DNA of 64,000 bases. It comes from Acidimicrobiia bacterium (GTDB taxonomy: Bacteria > Actinomycetota > Acidimicrobiia > Spongiisociales > ZC4RG35). Location of the stretch: NCBI GenBank assembly GCA_965203555.1, contig CBDBCY010000004.1, positions 2,624,001 to 2,688,000 on the forward strand, read 5' to 3'. A model generated the notes under the pieces. It was not told the origin of the DNA. It ran no database searches and saw only the letters and a program-made list of their open reading frames with translations. Positions 20,416 to 30,327 of the stretch are shown here, in pieces; position 1 is the stretch's first letter; every line of letters starts with the position of its first letter. Position numbers and translations under genes: made by a program.

Positions 20416-21267
20416 ATGTCCCGCAGTATCAGGGCCGAAGCCCGCCGACCAGCCCAGGATCAAAGTTCGCGCCCTGGGAACCGAGCCCGCTTTACCGGGA
20501 AAAACGTTTTCGTAACCGGAGCGGGCAGCGGTTTCGGACGCCGTACCGCCGAGCGTTTCGCCTCCGAGGGGGCGGCCAACCTGTACCTGGTGGATCGCCG
20601 CCCCGAACGATTGGAGACCGCGGCGCCCGCCATAGCCGAACTCGGCGCCAACCCGGTCCCGATCTGTGTTGATCTCGGTGAGACCGCCGGATGCGAAGAT
20701 GCGATCGAGCAGGCCCTGGCGGTCGATCCCCGCCTGGACGTGTTGGTCTCCAACGCGGCGGCCTGGGTGCAGGTGCCTTTCATCGAAATGAGCAACGACG
20801 ACTGGCGGCGGGTGATGTCGGTCAATCTCGACGCCTATTTCACCCTTTCCCAGCGGGCCGCCCAGGCAATGAAACAGACCGGTGGCGGGGTGATCCTGTT
20901 CACCTCCTCCATCAGCGCTCTGGGACATGGACGGAACTTCACCGCCTACTGCGTGGCAAAGGCGGCGATCATTTCACTGGCCAAAGCCATCGCCGTAGAA
21001 CTGGCGCCATGGAAGATCCGGGCCAATTGCGTCAGCCCCGGCCCGGCCGACACCCAGCAGTCGGTCGACATCGCCGGGGAGGAACTGATGGACAAGTGGC
21101 GGGCGGAGGGCTTCCCGGTGGTACCCATGAATCGGCTGGCGGCCGTTGACGACATCGCCTCGGCCTTCCTGTATCTGGCCTCCGACGACGCCAGATACGT
21201 AAGCGGAGTCAACCTGGTGGTGGACGGCGCCTACACCGCCCAGGTGTACGACCTTCCCAAGAGCTAG
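20416..21267 (+). CDS. SDR family NAD(P)-dependent oxidoreductase
   Basis: TGAGSGFG, NAA, YCVAK (YxxxK), IRANCVSPG and VDGA motifs. Confidence 0.92.
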   Translation: MSRSIRAEARRPAQDQSSRPGNRARFTGKNVFVTGAGSGFGRRTAERFASEGAANLYLVDRRPERLETAAPAIAELGANPVPICVDLGETAGCEDAIEQALAVDPRLDVLVSNAAAWVQVPFIEMSNDDWRRVMSVNLDAYFTLSQRAAQAMKQTGGGVILFTSSISALGHGRNFTAYCVAKAAIISLAKAIAVELAPWKIRANCVSPGPADTQQSVDIAGEELMDKWRAEGFPVVPMNRLAAVDDIASAFLYLASDDARYVSGVNLVVDGAYTAQVYDLPKS

Positions 21268-21521
21268 GTGGTTAGTTCCAAGGTTTAGTGGTCGTATGCG
21301 ATAGGGCCCACCTTTTGGGGGTTTAGTACCCGTTGCCGGGTAGATTCTTCTCTCCGTTGGCTTCGAACATCGACCCCAGCTGCACTAGAACACCGTTATT
21401 CACTGTTGTTGTGAAGATTGGCCTTCTAGTGAAAATCGATCAGTGGTATTGAATACGCCGTAACTTTGTGGGCCCTGCGCGTTTTTTTGGGATTGGTGGT
21501 CTGGCTGGTGGGTGGTGGGGT

Positions 21522-21808
21522 TCATGTTAGGAGGAGTGCTCGGGCGGCGTAGTTGTGGTGGTTGGTGAAGCCGTGGGCGGTGCGTCGGAGGGTTTGGATG
21601 AGGTTGTTGATGCCTTCCAGGGGTCCGTTGGAGCGGCGGGCGTGGTGCCAGATGAGGATTTCTTTTGACCAGTTGAGGACGGTGGTGACGGTGTGGTAGT
21701 ACTCGGGTATGTGTCCGGTTTCGTAGAGGGTGACGAACCGTTCGAGGGCCTCGAGCGCGGTGGGGAGGTCTTTGGCCTCGTAGAGGCCGTAGAGTTGTTG
21801 GAGAGCGT
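21522..21808 (-). pseudogene. ISL3 transposase C-terminal fragment
   Basis: SNGPLEGINNLIQTLRRTAHGF..NY; in frame with ...PRLRVAWDA at 24096+ once the IS21 is removed. Confidence 0.85.
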
Positions 21809-21949
21809 TGTTGGCGATCACTGAAATTCCCCAGTCTCGATCACTGAAATTCCCCACCCTCTGGGAGCAAATACCCGTTGTTGGGTAGGGCTCTCTCCAA
21901 GCTAGGCGATTGTCATGTCACTAGCTGTGGAGAGGAGCCCTATCCCCTT

Positions 21950-23248
21950 ATGTTGGTACTGGAGGAGTGCGTGGAAGTTCATGCTTTGAGGAGGCGGGGG
22001 TGGTCGATCTCGGCTATTGCTCGTCATTTGGGAAGAGACCGGAAAACGATACGGGCGTATCTGTCGGACGGGCGAGCCCCGGGCGAGCGTGCCCGGGCAG
22101 AGACGGATCTGTTTGATGAGTTCGAGGCGTATGTGCGGCAGCGGTTGTCTGATGATCCGCATGTGTGGGGGTCGGCGCTGTTCGACGAGGTGGTGGCTTT
22201 GGGCTATGAGCAGAGCTATGTGACGTTTGTGCGGAAGGTCCGTCTTCGGGGCCTGCGGCCGTTGTGTGGCGCCTGTGCGGGTACCAGGGGCCGGGCCACG
22301 GCGATTATTGATCATCCACCGGGTGAGGAGTGCCAGTGGGACTGGGTGGAACTACGTGACGCCCCGTGGGGAGCCACCGCTCATGTGCTGGTGGGAGTGC
22401 TGTCGCACTCGGGCCGGTTTCGGGCGTGGATCACGTCCCGCCAGGACCAACCCCATTTGGTGGAGGGTCTCGACCAGGTGTTGAGACGACTGGAGGGTAC
22501 CCCGCGGCGGTGGAGGGTGGATCGGATGGCTACCGTGGTGGCGGCCAGTGGTCGTATCCAGCCGTCGTTCGTTGGGGTAGCCAAACACTACGGGGTGGCT
22601 GTCGATCCGTGCCCACCGCGCCGTCCCCAACGGAAAGGCGTGGTGGAAAAGGCCATCCACTATGTCTCTCAGCGGTGGTGGCGCACCGCAGCGGTGACCA
22701 GCATCGCCGAAGCACAGCACAGCCTGGACAGCTTCTGCCAGACCGTGGGCGATCTTCGCCCACGGCGGGAGAGCACGGTGGGCGAGCTGGCCGATAACGA
22801 GCCTCTCCTCGAGCTTCCTGCGGTGCCTTACCCGGCAGAAGGGATCCTGGAGCGCAGGGTGACATCCAACGGGCTGGTATCGGTACGCGGTAACCGATAC
22901 TCGGTGCCACCAGGGGTGATAGGAACCCAGGTCACCGTCCGTTGGAGGCTCGGTGACCCCACCATCAGCATGTTCTCGGCCAGTGGCCGGCTGGTCGCTA
23001 CCCACCAGCAGGCACCCCGCGGTATGGGACGGGTGGTTCGGCTACCCGAGCACACCGCTGCTTTGGAGAACGTGGTCCTGGCCGAGTTCACCACCAAACC
23101 ACCGTGCAAACCCAAACCCAACCGTCCGCCATCGGACGCGGCTTTGGCTATCGCCGCCGGTATCGGAGACCTGTACACAGAAACGGTGATCGATCTGGAG
23201 GTGTACCAGCGGCACATCGACCAACAAAACCGAAAAGCGGGTCTGTGA
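21950..23248 (+). CDS. istA: IS21 DDE transposase
   Basis: HTH (SISAIARHLGRDRKTIRAYL), PPGEECQWDW, VDRM, KGVVEK and NRYSVP motifs; RBS GAGGAG. Confidence 0.93.
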   Translation: MLVLEECVEVHALRRRGWSISAIARHLGRDRKTIRAYLSDGRAPGERARAETDLFDEFEAYVRQRLSDDPHVWGSALFDEVVALGYEQSYVTFVRKVRLRGLRPLCGACAGTRGRATAIIDHPPGEECQWDWVELRDAPWGATAHVLVGVLSHSGRFRAWITSRQDQPHLVEGLDQVLRRLEGTPRRWRVDRMATVVAASGRIQPSFVGVAKHYGVAVDPCPPRRPQRKGVVEKAIHYVSQRWWRTAAVTSIAEAQHSLDSFCQTVGDLRPRRESTVGELADNEPLLELPAVPYPAEGILERRVTSNGLVSVRGNRYSVPPGVIGTQVTVRWRLGDPTISMFSASGRLVATHQQAPRGMGRVVRLPEHTAALENVVLAEFTTKPPCKPKPNRPPSDAALAIAAGIGDLYTETVIDLEVYQRHIDQQNRKAGL

Positions 23249-24030
23249 TGAACCAATCGGTGTACCAACAACTACGAGGCCATCTGGCCTACCTCAACCT
23301 ACCCGCCGCGGCCGAGGCGCTCCCCACCCACCTCGAACAGGCACGAACCAACCGTGAAAGCCACACCGAGTTCCTTGAAGGTCTACTTCGAGTAGAAGTA
23401 GAGACCACCGAACAGCGGCGATGGGAAACCCGTCTCAAACTGGCCAACTTCCCCACCCGCTGGAAACTGGAAGACTTCGACTTCACCGCCCAACCCAGCA
23501 TCGACGAGAAACTGGTACGAGAACTCGCCACCGGGGCCTACCTGGCCGACGCCACCAACGTTTTGTTCATCGGACCGCCCGGCGTGGGCAAAACCATGCT
23601 GGCGGTCATCCTGGGCCGCGCCGCGGTAGACACCGGACACAAGGTGTACTACACCACCGCAGCCGACCTGGCGGCGCGGTGCCGCAAAGCCGCCCTACAA
23701 GGACGATGGGCCCAAACGTTGCGGTTCTTCAACACCCCCAAAGTGTTGATCATCGACGAACTGGGCTATCTGCCCATGCCGGCAGAAGACGCCGCCACCC
23801 TGTTCCAGGTCATCTCCAGACGGTACGGAAAAGGGTCGATCATTCTCACCACCAACCTCGGTGTCGCGTCGTGGGGAGAGATCTTCTCCGACCACACCAT
23901 CGCCGCCGCCATGCTCGACCGACTGCTCCACAAAAGCGTGGTGTTCACCATCACCGGCGACAGCTACCGCCTCAGAAGCTACCAAGCCCAAGCCCGAAAA
24001 CACCGACCGAAAGGAGACCTGCTAGCCTAA
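23248..24030 (+). CDS. istB: IS21 helper ATPase
   Basis: GPPGVGKT, LIIDELGY, TTN, AMLDRLLH and GDSYR; TGATG coupling to istA. Confidence 0.95.
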   Translation: MNQSVYQQLRGHLAYLNLPAAAEALPTHLEQARTNRESHTEFLEGLLRVEVETTEQRRWETRLKLANFPTRWKLEDFDFTAQPSIDEKLVRELATGAYLADATNVLFIGPPGVGKTMLAVILGRAAVDTGHKVYYTTAADLAARCRKAALQGRWAQTLRFFNTPKVLIIDELGYLPMPAEDAATLFQVISRRYGKGSIILTTNLGVASWGEIFSDHTIAAAMLDRLLHKSVVFTITGDSYRLRSYQAQARKHRPKGDLLA

Positions 24031-24095
24031 AACCACCCAACCCAGGGTGGGAACTTTCGCTGATCGACTCTGGGGACTTTCGATGATCGTCATCA

Positions 24096-25009
24096 GCGTC
24101 CCAGGCGACCCGTAGACGCGGGTACGCCTCGAACAGTTGTTTGAGGCGTTTTTTCTCTTCGGGGGTGATATTGGCCTTTCTTTTGAGGAGCAGGTACCGG
24201 GCGCGGAACAGATCCGGGTGCCAGGCGGGTTTGACGCCGGGGGGCTGGCGGCGTTGCAGGTCCCGGCGTACCAGGGTCAGATCCTTCGGTGATACCGGCG
24301 GGCGGCGTGGAACCGGTCCAGGACATGACAGGCCGAAGGCAGGTAGCGGACGATGGCTGCCTGGTAGGAACGGGAACCGTCTGAGACCACGACCTGTACG
24401 TTCTGGCGCCAGTGGGGTCCCTGCTCGATGAAGAACCTGCTCAACGCCTGTTTGGACCGTCCGGGGAACATGGACAGGATCTCGCCGGTGTCGCCGTTGA
24501 CAACAACGGTTACATAGCGGTGGCGTTTGCGGATCGATGTTTCGTCGATCAGCAGCACCCGGCATCTTTGGCGACGGCGGCGGGTTCGGATCAAATGGGA
24601 CCAGTCGGTGACCAGGCCCATGATCAGGTGCCAACTGATCTGGTGGCGGCGGGCCACTGCCCGCATTGGGCATGGCCTGGGCGTCCTGGACCAGCCGGCG
24701 GGCCAGCCGGCGCGTTATACCACCCACAAACTGGGGGTGGGTTTCCATGTGCCGTTTGGTGCACCGGTCGCATACGTACCGTCGCCTGGGTCCATAACAG
24801 CACGGTCAAACGTCCGCTCACTTCCAGGTCGCGGATTCGCCGCTGGCGGCGGTCGTGCACCCGCCGGCACGACCGGCCACAATGCGGGCACTCGGACAGC
24901 TTCTTCGCCGAGACCACCTCCACCACCAGCTCCCCGACGGTGTCAACCACCACCTTGGTCACCCGTACACCACGCAGGTGCAACCGGACCGGCATAACAT
25001 CAGCATTCA
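24096..25009 (-). pseudogene. ISL3 transposase N-terminal/central part with several frameshifts
   Basis: CPHCG zinc finger, RRIRDL, IDETS..KRHRYVT, VSDG...Y and LDRFH motifs spread over different frames. Confidence 0.85.
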
Positions 25010-25343
25010 TTGAGGCCTCCTGGACTAGGCGTTTTTGTTTCACCACCTAATTCCAGCGAGGCCTCAACCCCTAACCAAGGACCCCCTCCCTAACCCTGCT
25101 CCCCACAAATACGCGCAGCCTCACTTTGTGGGAGACGATCCTGTCGCATGTGCAGGATTGCTTCGGGCATGAGATCCTCAAATAGGGCCGGTTGCTATGG
25201 GGACACCGGAGAGTTCCCAGGAGGCGCCACCAGGGAGTTGGGCCCGCCGCGGATTCTCTGTCTGGACCTACCCGGCGGGGCGTTGGCAGTGTCGGGACCG
25301 GCAATGGCCGGCAGTGACGAAGCGCGGGCTATCGGATAGAATA

Positions 25344-26516
25344 TCACCCGGCCAGGAGCACTGCCGTTTCGGCGATGATCTCGGCGGCCAGGGCGGTGTC
25401 CTCTATCTCCACCCACTCTTCGTCGGAGTGGGCCTGGTCTATGGAGCCGGGTCCGAAGACCACGGACGGAATGCCTTGGGGGGCGAACCAGGCGCCGTCC
25501 GTTCCGTAGGGAACACCGATGGGCTGACCCGGATCACCGAGGATCGACTGGCGGGCGGTCTGCAGAGCCCTCACCAAGGGGTGGTCTAACGGGGTGTCCA
25601 GTGGCCCCATGTCCAAGGAGGACTTGTGCAGGCGAGTCTCGATTCCGCTCTCCGCCAAACCGGCCAGCAGTTCTTCGATGTCGGCCAGGATCTCATTGGA
25701 GTCCTCTCCGGGATTGACGCGACGGTCCATGCTGATCACGCACTGCGCCGGAACGATATTGAGCGCCGTGCCTCCACGGATCAGCGAGGTGTTGATGGTC
25801 GGGCTTCCCACCAGCGGATGGCTGATCTCTGTCAACGTCGGGATGTATCGGTCCTCCAGGGCGTCCAGCACCCTGGACATGTTGTGTATGGCGTTCACCC
25901 CCAAATGGGGTTTGGAGGAGTGGGCGGGTGAGCCCACTGTCTCGATCTCGAAACGGAGCACTCCCTTGTGGGCGGTGGCCAACTCCAAGCCGGTGGGTTC
26001 CCCCACGATGGCCATGTCCATGTCGGATCGCTCCTCGCACAGCGCCATCGCTCCGGTGCCGGAGACCTCTTCATCGATCCCTCCGACGAACAGGATGGAA
26101 CTGCGCTCGCTGGGATCGAGACCGCGTATCATGTGCAACGCCTCCACCATGGCGACCAGCGAGCCCTTGGTGTCGCAGGCGCCGCGTCCGTGTACTCGCG
26201 TACCTTCCACCACCGCTTGGGGCCAGGCCTTGCCCGAGGGCGTCACCGTGTCGAGGTGGGCTTGCCACATCACCAGCGGTGCGCCGGTGGCCCCCTCCAG
26301 GCTGACTAGGATGTTGTCCCGCCCGCCGGGATGGACAGTCTGACGGCTGGGGTTCATTCCCTCCGCCTCGAAGTAGTCGAACAGGGCCGAAGCCAGCTCG
26401 GCTTCACCGGGTCCCCCGTCAAGGGCGGGATTCACCGAGTGGATGCTGACAAATTGCTCAAGAAGAGAACGGATACGGGACCGGTCGGCGACACCTTGGA
26501 ACCTGGACATTGCCAT
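25344..26516 (-). CDS. M20 family metallopeptidase/deacylase (ArgE/DapE-like)
   Basis: AHLDTV, GRGACDTKG, DEE, GEPT, AHSS and GPGSIDQAH motifs. Confidence 0.9.
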   Translation of the reverse strand: MAMSRFQGVADRSRIRSLLEQFVSIHSVNPALDGGPGEAELASALFDYFEAEGMNPSRQTVHPGGRDNILVSLEGATGAPLVMWQAHLDTVTPSGKAWPQAVVEGTRVHGRGACDTKGSLVAMVEALHMIRGLDPSERSSILFVGGIDEEVSGTGAMALCEERSDMDMAIVGEPTGLELATAHKGVLRFEIETVGSPAHSSKPHLGVNAIHNMSRVLDALEDRYIPTLTEISHPLVGSPTINTSLIRGGTALNIVPAQCVISMDRRVNPGEDSNEILADIEELLAGLAESGIETRLHKSSLDMGPLDTPLDHPLVRALQTARQSILGDPGQPIGVPYGTDGAWFAPQGIPSVVFGPGSIDQAHSDEEWVEIEDTALAAEIIAETAVLLAG

Positions 26517-26584
26517 GATGCTAATGGGGGATCAAGACCTGACCTTCTCGCATATCTTCCGGTTCGGGGGTAGTTTTGCCTTAC

Positions 26585-27280
26585 ATGAGACTCTTGGTCG
26601 TGGAGGACGAGGTCGATCTGGCCAATGCCGTGGCGCGGGGGTTGCGTCGCAGCCGTTACGCGGTGGATGTGGCCCATACGCTGGAGGACGCTTTGCTGAG
26701 ATTGGTCTCGGCCGGGTATGACCTGGTGATCCTGGATTGGAACATGCCGGACGGAAAGGGAGTAGATTTCTGCCGCCGGTTGGTGGACGGGTCGATCGCC
26801 ACTTTCGAGGACCGACCACGGGTGTTGATGCTGACCGCCCGAGATGCGGTGGAGGACCGGGTGAAAGGCCTTGACTCGGGAGCGGATGACTATCTGGTGA
26901 AGCCCTTCGCCTTCGCCGAGTTGTTGGCCAGGGTGAGGGCCATCCTGCGCCGGGACGAAGATACCAGCCCCGTGCTGGTGGTGGGAGATCTGCAACTGGA
27001 CACGGCCCGCTTCGAGGTCTTTCGCGGGGCGCAGCCCGTACGGTTGACGGCCAAGGAGTTTTCCTTGTTGGAGTATCTGATGACCAGGGCAGGCGTGGTT
27101 CTTTCCCAGGAGACTCTCTTGGAGCATGTGTGGGACGAGGCGGCCGATCCTTTCACCAACACCGTGAGGATGACCCTCTCCAACCTCCGCAAGAAACTGG
27201 GAAAACCCCCTGTCATCCACACCGTGCCGGGGCGGGGATATGTGTTGGGCGCCGATTCTTCTCCGATAACCGCGTTATGA
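26585..27280 (+). CDS. OmpR-family response regulator
   Basis: LLVVEDE, LDWNMP, GADDYLVKPF and TVPGRGY motifs. Confidence 0.93.
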   Translation: MRLLVVEDEVDLANAVARGLRRSRYAVDVAHTLEDALLRLVSAGYDLVILDWNMPDGKGVDFCRRLVDGSIATFEDRPRVLMLTARDAVEDRVKGLDSGADDYLVKPFAFAELLARVRAILRRDEDTSPVLVVGDLQLDTARFEVFRGAQPVRLTAKEFSLLEYLMTRAGVVLSQETLLEHVWDEAADPFTNTVRMTLSNLRKKLGKPPVIHTVPGRGYVLGADSSPITAL

Positions 27281-28455
27281 AGCTTCCGCCGGTCTTCTCT
27301 TCCATCAGGTTCCGTCTGTCGGTGCTTTCTTCTCTGGTGGTATTCGTGTTGGGATCGGCGGCCGTCATCTCCATCTTCTTTGTGATCCGCCACGGGTTGC
27401 GAACCGACCGGGTAATGGGACTGGTGCTCACTCCCGGCGAAACCGTCGTACGCGGGGGAGTTCGCTACATCATTCCCCAGCTGGAAATGCGACAGTTCCA
27501 GACGGTGGAGACGGTCCTGCGGGAGCGAATCCTGGAGGACATAACCGGCCTCATCCTGTGGGGACTGGTCTGGCTTTTTCTGGTCAGCCTGGTGATGGGT
27601 TGGTTTCTGGCCGGCCGCAGCCTGCGTCCCATCGGCCAGATCGCCGAAGTGGCCGAGAACATCCAGGCCCAGGATCTCAGCCGGCGGATCAACCTTTCGG
27701 GGCCCGACGACGAGCTCACCCGGCTGGCCGGCACTTTCGACGCCATGCTCGATCGGCTGAGTGGATCCTTTCGGCTTCAACAGCAGTTCCTGGCTTCCAC
27801 TTCTCATGATCTTCGCAACCCTCTGGCCGTGATCCGTTCCAACCTGGAGGTGAGCCTGGCCGACCCCGCCGCCACGGCCGAGGACTGGAGGGAGACCGGG
27901 GAGGTAGTCTCCCGCGCCGCTCGCAAGATGTCGGGGATGATCGATCGTCTGCTGGAAGCAGCCCGCTGGGAGGTTGGGTTCCACAGGTTTTCCGAGTTGG
28001 ACCTGGCTGATCTGGTTGCTTCCACGGCTCAGGCGGTGACTGCATTGGCGGAGGAGAGGGACCTGCGGGTGCAGGTGAGAACCCAACCGGCTACCGTGTC
28101 CGGGGATGCGTTGGCTCTTGCCCGCATTCTGGAGAATCTGCTCGACAACGCCATCACAGCTTCTCCGCCAGGCACTTTGATCGAACTGGATTGCGGTGAA
28201 AGGGACGGATGGGCGTGGATGACGGTGGCCGACCGGGGTCCGGGCCTTGATCCGAGTCTGATCTCGGGGGACTCCCACGTCGGAGGGGGTCTGGGTCTGG
28301 CCATCGCCCGTCATCTGGTCGAGTCCCACCGCGGAGAACTGGCTACCTTCCAAAGAGAGAGCGGCGGGGCCGCGATGGTGGTGTGGATACCTTCCCTGAA
28401 TCCTTCGGGGGACGAGGCCCCGGTTGATATCAATCCGCTTGACAGGCCTCAATAG
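27277..28455 (+). CDS. HAMP-domain sensor histidine kinase
   Basis: Two TMs, DELTRLA HAMP, SHDLRNPL, NLLDNA, DRGPG and GLGLAI; ATGA overlap. Confidence 0.92.
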   Translation: MKLPPVFSSIRFRLSVLSSLVVFVLGSAAVISIFFVIRHGLRTDRVMGLVLTPGETVVRGGVRYIIPQLEMRQFQTVETVLRERILEDITGLILWGLVWLFLVSLVMGWFLAGRSLRPIGQIAEVAENIQAQDLSRRINLSGPDDELTRLAGTFDAMLDRLSGSFRLQQQFLASTSHDLRNPLAVIRSNLEVSLADPAATAEDWRETGEVVSRAARKMSGMIDRLLEAARWEVGFHRFSELDLADLVASTAQAVTALAEERDLRVQVRTQPATVSGDALALARILENLLDNAITASPPGTLIELDCGERDGWAWMTVADRGPGLDPSLISGDSHVGGGLGLAIARHLVESHRGELATFQRESGGAAMVVWIPSLNPSGDEAPVDINPLDRPQ

Positions 28456-28501
28456 GGGTTTACGGTCTTTTTACCGTAAACTTGGGCAAGATAGGTTTGT
28501 T

Positions 28502-30058
28502 ATGACAGAAACTCCACCCTCCGAAGATTCTCCGAGGAATCAGTCTTCCAGGCCCGTGGAAGGTTCCCTCGAAGATTCTCTCACACTCAGCGACCGGAGC
28601 ATCACACCGGGCGACGATTCAGAGAGTGAATCGGACCGAGAAACCGGCGCCGAGGGACTTGACGGGAGGGCCGCCTCAACCAAGGTAGAAGAACCCTCTC
28701 CTCAACTGTCTGACGGCCAAGATGCCGAACATGATCAAGAGGCGGGGGCGAGCGGCAGTCCTATGACACACGCCGCGGACGTCTCGCTGTTCTCGTCCTC
28801 CATCGACGAGCAAACGCCATCTCCCGGGAAGAGGAGAGCCTTTCAGGAAATAGGATGGAAGATGATGGCCGTGGCCGGAATTGTGCTGCTGGCGGCAGGT
28901 TTCGTCGCCGGTGTCTTCTTTCCCGAAGCGGCGCCCGAGCAGGAGGTAGCGGTGGCCACCACGGCAACAACCGTGCCTGCCGTCGAGACTCCCACCACTA
29001 CCACCTCAGCTGTTCCCACTACCTCTGCATCTACTACTTCACCTCCCACTTCCGCTCCGTCGACCACTGTCCAAGTCGAGCCAGTGATCGTTCCGCCGCC
29101 CGATCTGGTCGTCACCGACGAGCCTGTCTCGGATGTGGCCAACCGTCTGGTGCCCTCGGTCGTTCACCTGGAAATCGGCAGTGAGAACGTATTCGAGCAG
29201 GGGGCGGGTAGCGGGGTGGTCTTCGACAGCAACGGTTATATCCTCACCGCTGCCCACGTGGTGGAGACAGTTGTGAATGACGGCGCAGAATTGACTGTGC
29301 GTCTTTCCAGCGGCGACCGGATGCCCGGGGAGGTGGTCGGGACCGATCCGGAAAGCGATGTGGCGGTCGTGAAGGTGCAGCGTTCAGGTCTGATACCGGC
29401 CGAGCTTGCACTGCAGGACCAGCCGAGAGTGGGCCAAATGGTGGTGGCCGTGGGCAGTCCGTGGGGATTGGAGTCCTCGGTCACCTCCGGGGTGATCAGC
29501 GCCGTCGACCGCATAGTGGAGGGAAGGCTTTTGCACCAAAGCGACGCGGTGTTGTATCCGGGGAACTCGGGTGGTGCCCTGGCGGACCGTTACGGTCGGC
29601 TGATCGGCATCAACGTCTCGATTTTCACAGACTCGACCACTTTGGAAGCGATCGAATTTCAGGGGGTGGGGTTTGCGGTCCCCATCGACGTCGCCTACCG
29701 GGTGGCGCAGGCTCTCATCGCCGGAGAACCCGTCCACGTCGCCTTCCTGGGAGTCAGCGGACGCGACACCCTGGGCGATGCTGGCGTGGAAATAATGGAG
29801 ATCTTCCCCGGTTCCGGGGCGGAGAGGGCGGGGTTGCAGGTGGGCGACATCGTAGTGGCGGTTGGTGGTCAACCGGTGACCGGGATCTCGGATCTGGCTG
29901 CCCGCATCAGGCATCTGGTGCCCGGGGACGTGATTGTCCTGGATGTCCGTCGTGGGGACGAGGAGTTGCTCCTGGCAGCCACCCTCCTGGCGCGAAGTGA
30001 CGTGCTGTCCGACGAATCCGGCGAACAGTCCCCTGAGGAGGAATCCGAGGGAGAATAA
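28502..30058 (+). CDS. Membrane-anchored HtrA/DegP-like serine protease with PDZ domain
   Basis: TM, Thr-rich linker, GSGVV, TAAHVV, DVAVVK, PGNSGG and C-terminal PDZ (GLQVGDIVVAV). Confidence 0.9.
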   Translation: MTETPPSEDSPRNQSSRPVEGSLEDSLTLSDRSITPGDDSESESDRETGAEGLDGRAASTKVEEPSPQLSDGQDAEHDQEAGASGSPMTHAADVSLFSSSIDEQTPSPGKRRAFQEIGWKMMAVAGIVLLAAGFVAGVFFPEAAPEQEVAVATTATTVPAVETPTTTTSAVPTTSASTTSPPTSAPSTTVQVEPVIVPPPDLVVTDEPVSDVANRLVPSVVHLEIGSENVFEQGAGSGVVFDSNGYILTAAHVVETVVNDGAELTVRLSSGDRMPGEVVGTDPESDVAVVKVQRSGLIPAELALQDQPRVGQMVVAVGSPWGLESSVTSGVISAVDRIVEGRLLHQSDAVLYPGNSGGALADRYGRLIGINVSIFTDSTTLEAIEFQGVGFAVPIDVAYRVAQALIAGEPVHVAFLGVSGRDTLGDAGVEIMEIFPGSGAERAGLQVGDIVVAVGGQPVTGISDLAARIRHLVPGDVIVLDVRRGDEELLLAATLLARSDVLSDESGEQSPEEESEGE

Positions 30059-30111
30059 GCCCAGCTGCGGGTGGCGGTTCCGCGGATCGCTCCTCCATTG
30101 AGAATGCTATA

Positions 30112-30245
30112 GTTCGGCATGTCCGCCGAGAGACAACGGCGGTTCGTCCCGGATGCAGCGAAGTTCGGTTGAAGTCCGACGCTGTCCCGCAACTGTCAAG
30201 CCCCGAGAGAGGGGATGAGCCAGGACGCCTGGTTCCGGGATGACG
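30112..30245 (+). ncRNA. Cobalamin (B12) riboswitch, compact form
   Basis: GAAGTTCGGTTGAAGTCCGACGCTGTCCCGCAACTGT core and GAGCCAG B12-box-like element, directly upstream of btuF-like gene; boundaries approximate. Confidence 0.85.
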
Positions 30246-30327
30246 GATGAACCTCGGATGAAGGTGTAGTTCGTCGGCGGGGTTCCCCGTCTGACACTCT
30301 TCTCCTTCATCCTCCTCAACAAGGAGG

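Larger units (their letters stand above)
21809..24095 (+). mobile_element. IS21-family insertion sequence, apparently intact
   Basis: TG...CA ends, ~52-bp imperfect IRs each with two internal GATCAnnGAAAnTnCCCA repeats, 4-bp TSD GCGT (21805-21808, 24096-24099), istA-istB. Confidence 0.93.
21471..25122 (-). mobile_element. ISL3-family IS, decayed and interrupted by an IS21
   Basis: 8-bp TSD ACTTTGTG at 21463-21470 and 25123-25130; imperfect IRs GGCCCTGCGCGTTTTTTTGGG / GAGGCTGCGCGTATTTGTGGG; 1361 bp after removing the IS21 and one TSD. Confidence 0.88.

Noticed and set aside
21268-21470. Low-GC stretch as a gene interrupted by the ISL3
   Set aside because: Joining it to 25131+ gave only a short frame with no recognisable motif in the frame I checked.
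21817-21858. Direct repeat GATCACTGAAATTCCCCA as a CRISPR or regulator site
   Set aside because: Explained as internal transposase-binding repeats of the IS21 left end, mirrored at the right end.
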